Source: an uncultured Acidobacteriota bacterium
Lineage (GTDB): Bacteria > Acidobacteriota > Blastocatellia > RBC074
Reading direction: 5' to 3'
Assembly: GCA_963796275.1 (NCBI GenBank)
Contig: CAWCKY010000006.1
Span: forward strand, 2,464,001 to 2,528,000
DNA length: 64,000 nt
In this document: piece after piece, positions 20,526 to 32,310 of the stretch
Position numbering within the stretch: the stretch's first letter is position 1
Layout: each line of letters starts with the position of its first letter
Position numbers and translations under genes: made by a program
The notes under the pieces: generated by a model
Databases searched by the model: none
What the model saw: the letters and a program-made list of their open reading frames with translations, nothing else
Told to the model about the DNA's origin: nothing

Positions 20526-23500
20526 ATGAATATCTCGAAGCTCCTGATAGCCAATCGCGGTGAAATCTCTATTCGTATCGCGCGCGCCTGCGCCGAACTC
20601 GGGCTGCGCTCGGTAGCCGTCTTCTCGCAAGATGACGCGCAGTCGCTGCACATCCGCGTGGCAGACGAAGCGCTCGGGCTGCGTGGGCGCGGCGCTACAG
20701 CCTATCTCGACATTGCGCAACTTATCGCGACGGCCAAAGAAGCGGGGTGCGAAGCCATTCATCCGGGGTACGGTTTTCTGAGCGAGAATGCAGCATTCGC
20801 TCGCGCTTGCGCCGAAGCGGGGGTGATCTTTGTCGGACCACGCCCTGAAGCGCTTGAGCTGTTCGGCGACAAAACTGCCGCGCGCGAGCTTGCTCGGCGT
20901 TGTGACGTTTCGGTTTCCGAAGGGACAGATGGCGCGATTACTCTCGACGAAGCGCGTGATTTCTTTTTATCGCTCGGCGCGGGTCGTGCTGTCATGGTCA
21001 AGGCGGTGATGGGCGGTGGCGGGCGAGGCCTGCGGGTGGCTGCAACCGTGGCGGAACTTGAAGAAGCCTACGCGCGGTGCCGATCTGAAGCGCGGGCCGC
21101 CTTTGGCCGGGATGAGATTTATGTCGAGGAATTCATCTCCGGGGCGCGTCACATTGAAGTGCAAATTGTTGGGGATAGCACGGGGCGTGTGATAAGCCTC
21201 GGCGAGCGGGAATGCACGATTCAGCGCCGCCATCAGAAGCTCATGGAGATTGCTCCGAGTCCTGCGCTGACGGTTCCGCTGCGAGAGCATATCTGTGCCG
21301 CTGCGACGCGGATCGCCGAAATCGTGCAGTACACTGGTCTTTGCACTTTTGAATTCCTGTTGGACAGCCGCGCCGGTCGTTTTGTTTTCATTGAGGCCAA
21401 CCCGCGTTTGCAGGTGGAGCATACGGTTACCGAAGAGGTCTACGGCGTTGACCTGGTAAAAACGCAGTTGCGCATCGCCGAGGGAAAAACACTCGAGGAG
21501 ATCGGGCTGGCGCCGGCACAGTCACCCCTTGGATACGCAATCCAACTGCGCGTCAACCTGGAAACGATGCAGCCCGACGGCGCCGCACTGCCTTCGAGCG
21601 GGACGATTACATCTTACGCTCCACCTTCAGGCCCGGGCGTGCGGGTGGACGGATACGGTTACGCTGGTTATGGCGCCAATGCGAGCTTCGATTCGCTGCT
21701 CGCCAAGCTGATCGTGCATGCGCCGGGGGCGGAGTACAAGGAAGCAATCATCCGGGCGCGGCGGGCGCTCTCCGAATTCCAGATCGAAGGCGTCTCCACC
21801 AACCTCGCCTTCCTCGCGGCGCTACTCGACCACGCGGATGTCGTGGAGAACCGAGTGACGACGCGCTGGCTGGATGCGCACGCCGCTCAATTGCTAAGCC
21901 AGGCAGCGAACGCAACGCCGCGACGATTCTTTCCGAAGGCGGAGACGAATTCCGCCCATATGGCGAAACCTACGCCGATCGAGGTGCTCGGGGGCGCATT
22001 GCCTGTGCCCGCACCTATGCAAGGGGTGGTCGTCTCGCTGGAAGTGAAAGAAGGCGACCTGGCGCGACCCGGCCAACCAGTCGCTGTACTTGAGGCGATG
22101 AAGATGGAACACGTCGTCACCACCGAAGTGGGCGGTATTATCCGCCTGGTGGCGGCCACTAGAGGCGAGGTGATGTCGGCGGGCCAGCCGCTCGTCTTCA
22201 TCGAGGCAGCCGAGATGGAGGCAACCGCGTCAGTGCAGGAAGATGAGGACAATCAAGATGCCATCCGCCCGGATTTGGCTGAGGTGAACGCCCGACACGC
22301 GCTCACGCTCGACGCGGCCCGGCCTGAAGCGGTCGCGCGCCGTCAAAAGTTGGGGTTCCGCACGGCGCGGGAGAATGTGGAGGACCTCTGCGATCCCGCA
22401 TAGCTTTATCGAATACGGCGCGCTCACCATCGCGGCGCAGCGCAGCCGCCGCTCGATGGAAGATTTGTTGCGCTCGACCCCGGCAGACGGACTCATCGCA
22501 GGAATCGGCACAGTCAACGCCGCGCTCTTCGGGGAAGAAAAGAGTTCCTCCATGGTCATCGCTTACGACTACACGGTGCTCGCGGGCACGCAGGGGACGA
22601 TGAACCACAAGAAACAGGATCGGATGTTTCAGCTCGCGGCGCAAACTGCGCTGCCCGCTCGTGCTCTTCGCTGAAGGTGGCGGCGGACGGCCCGGCGATA
22701 CGGATAAGATCAACGTCGCTGTCGCCGGTCTCGACATCGAGACCTTTCAGGCATTCGCGCGCCTGAGCGGGCTGGTTCCGCTCATTGGCGTCGTTAACGG
22801 CCGCTGCTTCGCCGGTAACGCGGCGTTGCTTGGTTGTTGCGACGTGATCATCGCGACCGAGAGCGCCACCATCGGCATGGGCGGCCCGGCGATGATCGAG
22901 GGCGGCGGACTGGGAGTTTATCAGCCCGAAGAGGTCGGGCCGGTCAGCGTGCAGGCGCCGAACGGGGTGATCGACGTAGTCGTGCGTGACGAGGCGGAAG
23001 CCGTGGCGGTGACCAAGCGTTACCTGTCTTACTTCCAGGGGCCGATCGCGGAATGGAATTGCGCCGACCAGCGCCTGTTGCGCCGCTTGATCCCGGAGAA
23101 TCGACTGCGCGTTTACGACGTGCGCTCGGTGATCCGCACGGTGGCCGATACGGATTCGTTGCTTGAGCTGCGATGCGAATTTCGGGTTGGGCATGATCAC
23201 GGCGCTCGTCCGCATTGAGGGGCGTCCGCTGGGACTGCTTGCCAACAACCCTATGCATCAGTCCGGCGCGATTGATGCTGACGAAGCTGACAAGGCGGCG
23301 CGCTTCGTCCAGCTTTGTGACGCTTTCGATCTGCCGATTCTTTCGCTCTGCGACACGCCCGGCTTTATGGTCGGGCCGCAAGCCGAGCGGGCGGCGCTGG
23401 TACGGCGCTGCTGCCGGATGTTCGTCAATGGCGCGAACCTCACTGTGCCGTACTTCACCGTCGTGCTGCGCAAAGGCTACGGGCTGGGCGCGCAGGCGAT

Positions 23501-23828
23501 GACGGGCGGGTTTTTTCACTCTCCGGTCTTCACGGTCTCCTGGCCGACCGGCGAGTTCGGCGGCATGGGCCTGGAAGGCGCGGTGCGGCTGGGCTTTCGC
23601 AAGGAACTTGAGGGCATTGCCGACCCGGCCGAGCGCGAGGCAGAATTCCGCCGCCGCGTCGAGGAGATGTACGCGCGCGGCAAGGCGCTCAGCGCCGCAT
23701 CGGTTTTGGAGATAGACAACGTCATTGATCCGGCGGAGACACGGCGATGGATCGTGAGCGGGCTGCGCGCTGTGCCGGCTCCCGCGCCACGCGAGGGGAA
23801 GAAGCGAACGCACATCGAGACGTGGTGA
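20526..23828 (+). CDS. Single-chain biotin-dependent acyl-CoA carboxylase (BC-BCCP-CT), three frameshifts
   Basis: LIANRGEI, HPGYGFLSEN, NPRLQVEH, EAMKME biotin motif. The CT motifs YDYTVLAGTQG, FAEGGGGRPGD and CDTPGFMVG follow in successive frames. Confidence 0.88.
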
Positions 23829-23966
23829 TCCCGGCCGGCTTACGATAGACGTACCGGGCTGTTCACTTTGTACAGACCGAGTGCGACCTGCACGCTCGGC
23901 GATTGATGAGGCGCAGAGCATGCGCCGATCGGAAAACGCGGGATTTGAATTACAGGAGTAGACAAT

Positions 23967-25598
23967 TTACAACTCTGATCGCCTAAGTTTTTCGACCAGC
24001 TGCTCGCTCGTTCGCCAAGAGAGCGCAATGTTGGTGAGCGTCGGGTTTTTCTCCGGGTAGGCGGCAAAGACAGATGCGTCCCCGATGAACAGATTCGGCA
24101 GGTCGTGGCTTTGCCCAGCAGTGTTGACTACGGAAGTCTTAGCATCCGTCCCCATCCGGCAAGTACCGGCCCAGTGATTTGAATCGATAATCAGGTCGGC
24201 GACTGTGATTCGCCCCGGCGTTTTGACGACCTGCCCGTCGCCGGCCCGGATCACATCTTCGCACGTCTCGGCGCAATCCTGCGCCATTGCCACGTCGCTC
24301 GCACTGTAATGCAGATGAATGCGTGGGCGCGGCAGGCCGAAGCGGTCTTTCGTATCCGCGTCGAGGTCAACGAACGTGCGTGGTGTGTTCTCAATCGTGC
24401 CCTGCATGTTCATTACCGCATAGCCCGCGTTGAGTTCGCGCAGGCCTTTCTTCATCCCGCTGCCGAAACCGACCACGTCGCGTAGCGCGAGCGGCGCGCG
24501 ACCGGCACGCAGCCCCGCGCCGCACTGTACTTGATAGCTGCCGTCAAAGTTCGGATGCGGCTTATCCCAATTAAGCCCTGTCAGCAAGCTGTGGAATTGG
24601 TCCGTTCCGTCTTCATTGCCCGCCGCGCGGCTGGCGAGTTGCGGGAAGAATCCGTAGACGTAAAAGCCGAAGTGGCTGAGCAGATTTCGGCCCACCTGCC
24701 CGCTCGAATTCGCGAGGCCGTTCGGGAATTCGCGCGTTTTATTCAGGAGCAGATGACGTGCCGTCTCGACCGAGCTGCACGCGAGGATAAAGGCTTTCGC
24801 TTCAATCTTCTCCGTCACGCCCCGCGTGTTGACGCATTCGATGGCGGTGACCTTGCGTCCAGTCCGGTCGGTCAACATACGGACCATCATCCGTCCGGTC
24901 AGAAGCGTCAGCTTACCGCTGGCGAGCGCGAGCGGGATCGGGGTGTTGGCCGAAGTGTATTTCGCATCCACGTCGCAGCCGAGCATGCATTGCCCGCAGT
25001 AATGGCAGACGGCGCGCTTTGATTCGTGCGGCTCGGTCAGGATGGCCTTGCGCATGGCGATGAAATCCATCCTGCGCCCCTGCGCCTTGAGGCGCGCGAC
25101 GCCGCGCCTGAGTTCGCCCTCGGGGCAACGCATCGCCATGCCCCGCTGAAATTCGCCGTCAGGCAGATTCCACAGCCCATCCTTGTCGCCGTAGACTCCC
25201 ATAAACTTCTCGGCGCGACTGTAGTAAGGCGCGACCTCTTCGTAGCTGATAGGCCACCGCTTAAAATCGAGCGGGCCAAACCGCAACGAATGCCCGGCCC
25301 AACATAGAGAGCGTCCGCCGAGTGCGCGCAACAGTCCGTGCCGCGGGTTATCGCCGATCGGGGTGAAATGATCGCTCTCAAAAGCGAGGCGCGGAGTCGT
25401 GTCGCGGCCTCCTCGGGCGCGCGCGGCAAAGGCTTCATACGGCCAGGCATGCGTCCCAAAATCAATCCCGGCCTTCAACAGCTGCCCCGCCTCGACGAGC
25501 GCCACCTTCAACCCAGCCCCCGTTAAAACGTAAGCGGCGACGCCGCCGCCCGGTCCGCTGCCCACTATACAGACATCAAAGATTCTTCCTTGCTTCAT
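23967..25598 (-). CDS. GMC family oxidoreductase
   Basis: DVCIVGSGPGG, LGGRSLCW, WPISYEEVAPYY, CHYCGQCMLGC, HWAGTCRMG, KNPTLT. The start is placed at MKQGR. Confidence 0.9.
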   Translation of the reverse strand: MKQGRIFDVCIVGSGPGGGVAAYVLTGAGLKVALVEAGQLLKAGIDFGTHAWPYEAFAARARGGRDTTPRLAFESDHFTPIGDNPRHGLLRALGGRSLCWAGHSLRFGPLDFKRWPISYEEVAPYYSRAEKFMGVYGDKDGLWNLPDGEFQRGMAMRCPEGELRRGVARLKAQGRRMDFIAMRKAILTEPHESKRAVCHYCGQCMLGCDVDAKYTSANTPIPLALASGKLTLLTGRMMVRMLTDRTGRKVTAIECVNTRGVTEKIEAKAFILACSSVETARHLLLNKTREFPNGLANSSGQVGRNLLSHFGFYVYGFFPQLASRAAGNEDGTDQFHSLLTGLNWDKPHPNFDGSYQVQCGAGLRAGRAPLALRDVVGFGSGMKKGLRELNAGYAVMNMQGTIENTPRTFVDLDADTKDRFGLPRPRIHLHYSASDVAMAQDCAETCEDVIRAGDGQVVKTPGRITVADLIIDSNHWAGTCRMGTDAKTSVVNTAGQSHDLPNLFIGDASVFAAYPEKNPTLTNIALSWRTSEQLVEKLRRSEL

Positions 25599-25844
25599 TG
25601 CTTGAGCCTCTTTGAACTTGGAGGTATTGAGAGGGCGGTCTTCACACAAGCCGGGAGATTTCCACAAACTCGGTCAAGCGCAGCGCGTTATTTCGTTTCA
25701 TGTCTCGGCTGAGCCTGGTACTCGCGTCGAAATCAACTACCCGCCCTTCCTAGGTAATTACCTTTCCCGTGTCGTCAATAATATTGGCAGCGCGCATAGA
25801 TGTCGACCATGGCGAGCGGGGCAATGAGGGATTTTTGAAACAAT

Positions 25845-25876
25845 TCAATCTCCTGACATATCAATCTCCTGACATA
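25845..25876. repeat. Perfect 16-bp tandem duplication
   Basis: TCAATCTCCTGACATA x2. Confidence 0.9.
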
Positions 25877-25983
25877 GAAGAAGCGCAGGCGCTCACTCGG
25901 CCGGCCACAAACCACACGTTGCGAAAGATAGGAAGCGAGGCAAATCTTGCCTGAGTGTGCGGGAAATCTAACGCACCAACCGG

Positions 25984-27728
25984 TTAGCGACGAAGCGTTT
26001 CAGGCAGCGACCGCATAAATTCGCGGACGGATGCGATCTGGGTGTTCTCCGAGATGAACTCGAAGTCATACGCGCTGACGAAAAGTAATTTGGGGTCCCG
26101 TGAAACGGCGACGCACGCATGCAACGCGGGAAATTCGTCGATCAAGGCAAGCAGGGTTGTCCACGCCGGCATGTCCAGTATCGCAATCACATCCAGCGCA
26201 TCTCGAGCGCGCCATGGCGTTCCAGCCTGCCATTGTCTGGCCATCTCGATTCGAAGCGCGTCGAGCCCCTTCTGAATGTCGCGGTCGGCACAGCGGAGAC
26301 AGGTAAGGACTCTGATCAATTCTTCCGCCGCGTACATGCCGACCGCGACATGAAGGACCTTCCACCCGACTTGGAACACGCTGACGAGGTCGTGATCGAC
26401 AAGAAATGAGTCGGGCAGCGCCGTTACGTTCGCCGGAAGCCAGTGAAACGGCCAGTTCTCCAAGCCGAGGTTGCAGACCGCGATGGCCGCATCCGACGCC
26501 TCCTGCACCGAGAAGGGCCGCGCCTGAATGGAACATCCTGCCATGAGCGTGTTCGCAAGATAGGCGAGTTCCTTTTCCCTCGCCGAGTAGACGGCCTGGT
26601 CACAATCGAGCACGAACTGCATGTGCAAATGGATACGCCCGAGATGCGGCGCGTGCGCCTCTGATCCGGCGAGCAATGCCCGAGGCGGCGGCGCGAGGAT
26701 ACCTGCCTCGTGAGAGTAAGATCGAACGACTCGCTGGCGAACCGCACTCCACGGTGTCCTCTGAAGTCGCCGGCGTCTCCGATCCTGCCGCCAAACGCCC
26801 GAACTCACTCCGGGCATCCGCAGCAGTTGTCTCGTCGAGTGCTCGGAAATATGCGCGCGCGACCGGGTTGGGGGGCGGCATGGCGTCGCTCTCGAGCTGA
26901 ATCTGGCGCGACATCTGGAGGAATGCGCGAGCTTGCGCGGGCGTCACATATCCCTGCTTCTCCCTGCGCCGCTCACGATCGACTGCCAGATCGAACTGGT
27001 CCTGGTCACTGTCGGCGAGGAGGTTATCCAGTCCATCGACCTCGGGCTTTGAGTTGGAGAGCGATCGGCATCCCCACATAACCTGATGGAAGTAGTCGGA
27101 ACAACTCTCCTCGAGGGACATCAGGACCGCGACGATCGCCTCCCACGAGTCGGTGCGCATGGCCACGAGCAGGTAGCCGCCTACCTCGAATGTGAGACCA
27201 TCATCAATAACGCGATTCGCATCGATCAGATCCCCATCCGTAGTCTCATAGGGAGTGATTGCCGCGCTGTCGTAGACGCGCAGCGTGCTGCGCGAGACCG
27301 GCGATCACGAGATCAACGTCTATTTCCGCGAGCTTCTGCGCCGAAACCGCAGCGCCATATTCCACCAGCACTTCGAGCCATACGCCGAACCGATCGGCGT
27401 CGAACTGCTCATCCAGGCCCGGTTGGGCGGCGCGCCACAGGTCGAGATCAAAAACACGCGCCAACTGCTCGGGCGTCGCCAGCGCCACGAGTTCACCGCA
27501 ATCCTCAAGTCCATAACTCTGAATGACCCGGTGTAGCAGCTCGGGCTGCAATCGAGGGACGACCTGTGCGAGCTGCGGCGTGTTCAGGATGCGATCGAGC
27601 AGATCACCCCCGTCTGGAGCTTCGCGCCGCGCGGGCTTGTCGTCGGACCGCCCCGCGTCGTCTGTGCGCATATGCGATTCCGGAACGTTGGTGAGGCGGC
27701 GGCGCCTACGATGAATAGATTTTGACAT
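25984..27728 (-). CDS. Conserved hypothetical protein, DUF6178-like, frameshifted into three or more pieces
   Basis: LATPEQLARVFDLDLW..DEQFDADRFGVWLEVL; RERRREKQGYVTPAQARAFL; ELAYLANTLMAG. The family label is from memory. Confidence 0.6.
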
Positions 27729-28104
27729 GGGCCTCTCTCATTTCACCTGTGCTGAAAATACCTTCCTTAGCTGAAGAATCAATCGTGCTGAATCATCTAT
27801 GATCAGGAGCGGCAAGCAAAGTTTTGTGATGAGATTTTTGAGCCGCAGAATCAGGCACATCGCCGGTGATTGCGATATAATAAAATTCAGGATAGGGGAT
27901 TTTAGCCAGTAAATGAAAATTCGGATCTTCGCAGAGTCACACATCTTTCGCATTCGTTCTTGCCAAAATTTGAAGAGATTGAAAATCTCGAACTTGACGT
28001 GAGGACTTAATATCACGAATCATGCTACGCCACTTTGTGGAGGCTCTGTCTTTTACTTCACGTTTTGTTCAAAGTCGGGCTGAAGTTTCCGCGAATATGA
28101 TAGT

Positions 28105-28881
28105 GTGAGACCAACAATGATCAGATACTTAAGGCACGTGAGACCTGTCCATGAGAAGTGTACTCGGGAGATTCGGGTTGCATTAATCATTGCGAAGTAT
28201 TCATGCGTGCTTGCTGCAGCCAGTACTCTCGTGAGTTTATCTGCTTCGCGAGTCTGCGCACAGCAGACTGCGCCAGCGACACCGGTCGTTGTCCAACCTG
28301 GCGCACCGGGGAAACCGACGCGGACTCTTCCCCCGACGACGAGGGGCACTCTGCCGCCAGCCTCCCCAGCGGATGTGCTGTTCATGCAAGGTATGATTAT
28401 GCATCATGCACAGGCGGTCGAGATGACTGCCCTGATCGAATCGCATACTGAGAACAAATATCTGAGGACGCTGGGAGCTCGAATCAGCAGCTCGCAGTCC
28501 GACGAGATAACCTTCATGAAACGGTGGCTTGCGTTCCGCGGACAATCAATTCCGGAGGCGATGCCTGACATGCATCACGAGAAGATGTCGCACGAGAAGA
28601 TGTCGCACGAGTCGATGGCGCTTATGCCTGGCATGCTTACCCCGGAGCAGATGGAGGCGCTCAGGAAAGCAAAAGGCGAGAAGTTCGACCATCTTTTTCT
28701 GAAAGGAATGATTCAGCACCACGGCGGCGCTTTGACCATGGTTAAAGATTTGTTCGACTCTGCAGGTGCGGGACAGGACGCTGAATTGTTCAACTTCACA
28801 ACCGACGTAGATAGCGGCCAGCGCGCCGAAATCCGTGTCATGCAAAACATGTTGGAGAAAAAACCTTTAAAGGATAAATGA
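28105..28881 (+). CDS. DUF305 (ferritin-like, Met/His-rich) exported protein
   Basis: DVLFMQGMIMHHAQAVEM, MPGMLTPEQM, FLKGMIQHHGGALTM. The start is uncertain. Confidence 0.88.
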   Translation: MRPTMIRYLRHVRPVHEKCTREIRVALIIAKYSCVLAAASTLVSLSASRVCAQQTAPATPVVVQPGAPGKPTRTLPPTTRGTLPPASPADVLFMQGMIMHHAQAVEMTALIESHTENKYLRTLGARISSSQSDEITFMKRWLAFRGQSIPEAMPDMHHEKMSHEKMSHESMALMPGMLTPEQMEALRKAKGEKFDHLFLKGMIQHHGGALTMVKDLFDSAGAGQDAELFNFTTDVDSGQRAEIRVMQNMLEKKPLKDK

Positions 28882-30908
28882 TGAATCGATTACATATCCT
28901 GGCTCTCCGTTTACTCGTAGGCTCCCTTCTTTTGTGGTTTTGTTCTGCCGGCAATATGCAGGCGCAAACGCCTTCGTCTCAGGAGTCAACGAAGGCAGCA
29001 AATGCTAAATCCGACCAAAAGAACGGAGAAGCGGATCTTGCGCCTGAACCGGCGCCGCCGCTCCCCGCCGGAATGACCGGCTCAAATGCCAACGACCCGC
29101 GCGCCAAACTGACACCGGGTATGTACGACGCAGGAGAAGCATCGATGGGCATGAAGCACCTCCTGTTGCTCAAGAAACCTGATTCGTTTCAACTCGGCTC
29201 GGCTGATCCTGATGATCCAAACGTGCAGAAGACGTTGGGGCTGCTCGGCGTTCCCAACGCCTCAAAGATGACTAAGCCGGCCCAACTAGTTATGGCTCAA
29301 CTGGCGTTTGCAAACTCGGACCTTGCGTTCCAGGGAAAACACCTGTTTATGGGTAATTTTTATGGAGTCAATATCTATGACATCTCCAACCCCTCTAAGG
29401 CCCAGTTGGTAACGTCGATGGTATGTCCGGGTGGTCAAGGGGATGTGTCGGTATACAAGAATTTGATGTTTATGTCGGTCGAGATGCCAAATGGCCGCCT
29501 CGATTGCAGCGTACAGGGATTTCCACCCGGCCCACCGCCCGCTGCCGGCGAAGAGAAAAAGCCGACTCCGCCTCCGCCCGCGCCGCAAAAAGATCGGTTC
29601 CGCGGCGTTAGGATTTTCGATATATCCAACATTAAGAGCCCCAGGCAGGTAGCAGCAGTGCAGACTTGCCGCGGTTCGCACACGCATACGCTTGTAGTAG
29701 ATCCGAAGGATAAGAAAAACGTCTATATCTACGTATCGGGCACATCGTTCGTGCGTCAAAGTGAAGAGTTGGCCGGGTGTTCAGATGAAGCGCCGGATAA
29801 AAACCCGAACACGTCGCTGTTTCGCATTGAGGTAATCAAAGTCCCGCTGGCTGCGCCGCAGAATGCACAGGTGGTGTCCAGTCCTCGTGTGTTTATCAAT
29901 CCCCGAACAGGCGCGCTCAACGGGTTGAACAACGGAGGCACTCATGGCAAAGACGGCGTGGAGAAGCCAACCGACAGCAACCAGTGTCACGATATTACAG
30001 TGTACTCGTCGATAGGGTTGGCAGCAGGCGCCTGCTCCGGCAATGGAATCGTGCTTGACATCAAAGATCCCGTGAATCCGAAACGCCTGGACGCCGTAAA
30101 CGACCCGAACTATGCATATTGGCACTCGGCTTCGTTTTCGAACGATGGGACAAAGATCGTGTTCACCGATGAGTGGGGAGGGGGACTGGGCGCGCGTTGC
30201 CGCCCCAACGATCCGAACAAATGGGGCGCCAACGCTGTGTTCCATTTGAAGGATAACAAGCTTAATTTCGCGAGCTACTACAAGTTGCCAGCAGCACAGA
30301 GCGATACCGAGAATTGTGTGGCGCACAACGGTTCTCTCATTCCAGTTCCCGGTCGCGATATAGAAGTGCAAGCCTGGTATCAGGGTGGCATCTCTGTTAT
30401 GGACTTTACGGACGCGGATCATCCGGTTGAAATTGCCTATTTCGATCGTGGGCCGATCGATCCAAATATGCTCGTACTGGGCGGCGACTGGTCCGCCTAC
30501 TGGTACAACGGTAACATCTACGCTTCGGAGATCGCCCGCGGTCTGGACATCTTTGAACTAAGCCCAAGCGAATTTCTGACTCAGAATGAGATTGATGCCG
30601 CGAAAACGGTGCGAGTGGCTGAGCTCAATGTGCAGAACCAGCAAAGGATCGAGTGGCCAGCTCGGTTGGTAGTTGCTAAGGCTTATCTGGATCAATTGGA
30701 GCGATCGCAGGCATTGGCGGCGGACCAAATCACTGCCGTGCGGAGCGCGATTCAAAGCGCAGAGAGTTCACAGCTGAAGCGAAGCGAGGTCGCAAAACTC
30801 CAGAGCTTCGTACGTTCGCTGAAAGAAAGCGCTCGAACGACCGATAGTGCGGTAGACTCGAAGCGATTGCAGGCTCTGGCGGAAATACTACAGCGCCCCG
30901 CAAAGTGA
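28878..30908 (+). CDS. LVIVD-repeat-like secreted beta-propeller protein
   Basis: NSDLAF, CPGGQGDVSV, QTCRGSHTHT, CHDITV, YWHSASFSNDG, ENCVAHNG. The start overlaps the DUF305 stop. Confidence 0.82.
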   Translation: MMNRLHILALRLLVGSLLLWFCSAGNMQAQTPSSQESTKAANAKSDQKNGEADLAPEPAPPLPAGMTGSNANDPRAKLTPGMYDAGEASMGMKHLLLLKKPDSFQLGSADPDDPNVQKTLGLLGVPNASKMTKPAQLVMAQLAFANSDLAFQGKHLFMGNFYGVNIYDISNPSKAQLVTSMVCPGGQGDVSVYKNLMFMSVEMPNGRLDCSVQGFPPGPPPAAGEEKKPTPPPPAPQKDRFRGVRIFDISNIKSPRQVAAVQTCRGSHTHTLVVDPKDKKNVYIYVSGTSFVRQSEELAGCSDEAPDKNPNTSLFRIEVIKVPLAAPQNAQVVSSPRVFINPRTGALNGLNNGGTHGKDGVEKPTDSNQCHDITVYSSIGLAAGACSGNGIVLDIKDPVNPKRLDAVNDPNYAYWHSASFSNDGTKIVFTDEWGGGLGARCRPNDPNKWGANAVFHLKDNKLNFASYYKLPAAQSDTENCVAHNGSLIPVPGRDIEVQAWYQGGISVMDFTDADHPVEIAYFDRGPIDPNMLVLGGDWSAYWYNGNIYASEIARGLDIFELSPSEFLTQNEIDAAKTVRVAELNVQNQQRIEWPARLVVAKAYLDQLERSQALAADQITAVRSAIQSAESSQLKRSEVAKLQSFVRSLKESARTTDSAVDSKRLQALAEILQRPAK

Positions 30909-31127
30909 GCAGCAATCCGTGTTGATGCTCCAGAGCGACTGAACAGCGCTCCGCTCAAGCGAGACGGCAAAGTAGTCGACGGGCAGTTCGGCGCACATCG
31001 GTAAGAAACAGATCGCCGAATGCGATGCCTTTAATGCCATTCGCCTGTGCCGCGCCGATCCTCTCATCTGAACCTCGCGAGCTGCGCTGCTGCGAAGACG
31101 TGGAATCGACGGTGGTGGTGAGCACGC

Positions 31128-32242
31128 TTTCTTCAAATCGACAACGATTGATGAGCGTGGAGATGGGGTTTGAGTCTCAGGGTCTGATTGCGGCTAACCT
31201 TCCCCTGCCGATGGAGCGCAACCCGGACGCAGCGACGGTGACGATGTATGTCGATCGCATCCTAGATGAGGTGCGTGCGGTGCCTGGAATCCGCGAGGCG
31301 GCAGTGGCCACCGGCCTTCCACTGCAGGGGTGGGGCGATGGTATGCCGTTTCGCTTATCGGACAAGCCGGATGAAGAGGTGGGAACCGGTTTCAAAATTG
31401 TCTCCCCGGAATACTTCCAAGCGCTTGGGCTGCCGCTGAAGGCGGGACGCTTCCTCGACAAGCGCGATACGGCTAACTCGCCGCCCGTGGTTGTCGTGAA
31501 CGAATCTTTCGTCGAACGCTATTTTCCCAAAGAAAACCCAATCGGTAAGCGCATCCTGGTTGAGAAGATTCTTCCGAACCGGCGCGGGCTGGGCCCTCAG
31601 ACCTCGTGGGAGATTGTGGGGGTGGTGGTTGACGAAAAGGGCAGGGGATTGGAGAGCTTGACCGACGTCGGCACCTATGCCAGCTTCACGCAAAATCCGG
31701 TAGTCGGTTTGGGAATCGTGGCGCGGGGGAGCGGCGACGGAGGTGCGTTGATTCAGTTAGTGGCGCGAGCTGTAACCAGAGTTGACAAGACGCAAGTACT
31801 CGATCGCGCAAGGACTGTCGAGGAGATGAAGAGCGAATCCCTGATGTCACGACGGTTGACAACTTCGCTGCTCGGCGGTCTTTCACTGCTGGCGATGCTT
31901 CTGGCTTGCGCCGGTATCTATGGCGTGCTTTCGTTTGTCACCGCGCGGCGCAGGCACGAGGTGGGGATTCGCATGGCCCTGGGCGCAACCCGTTTCGCCA
32001 TCATCCGCCTTGTGGTTGGGGGCGGCGCTTTTCCTGTGTTCATCGGAATTCTGGTGGGTCTAGGTGGGGCGATTGGCTTGGCCCGATTCATTCAATCGAT
32101 GCTTTTTGCGACAGAGCCCATCGATCCTTTGACGCTCGCCGGAGTGTCTGTTCTGTTTGCCGCCGTCGCGTTGATGGCCTGTATTGTTCCGGCATGGAGA
32201 ACGGCACGCGTCGATCCTATGGCGGCGTTAAGACAAGATTGA
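31128..32242 (+). pseudogene. C-terminal half of an ADOP permease
   Basis: Homology begins at LMSVEMGF and includes [29 protein letters not shown]. The N-terminal half and the PadR partner are missing. Confidence 0.8.
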
Positions 32243-32310
32243 CCCTCATGGTCAGGCCACACATACCAGCAGCAAGGCGATCAGCGCGAAGGTCGCTGGA
32301 TCGGTCGCGC

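Noticed and set aside
22375-23220. Programmed frameshifting in the carboxylase
   Set aside because: Three shifts within about 800 bp with no obvious slippery heptamer, and neighbouring genes show the same indel pattern. Sequencing error is the simpler explanation.
25733-25746. TCAACTACCCGCCC, resembling a second omegaRNA start
   Set aside because: It lacks the complementary GGGCTTG arm and the GACCAG and CTACGTT blocks.
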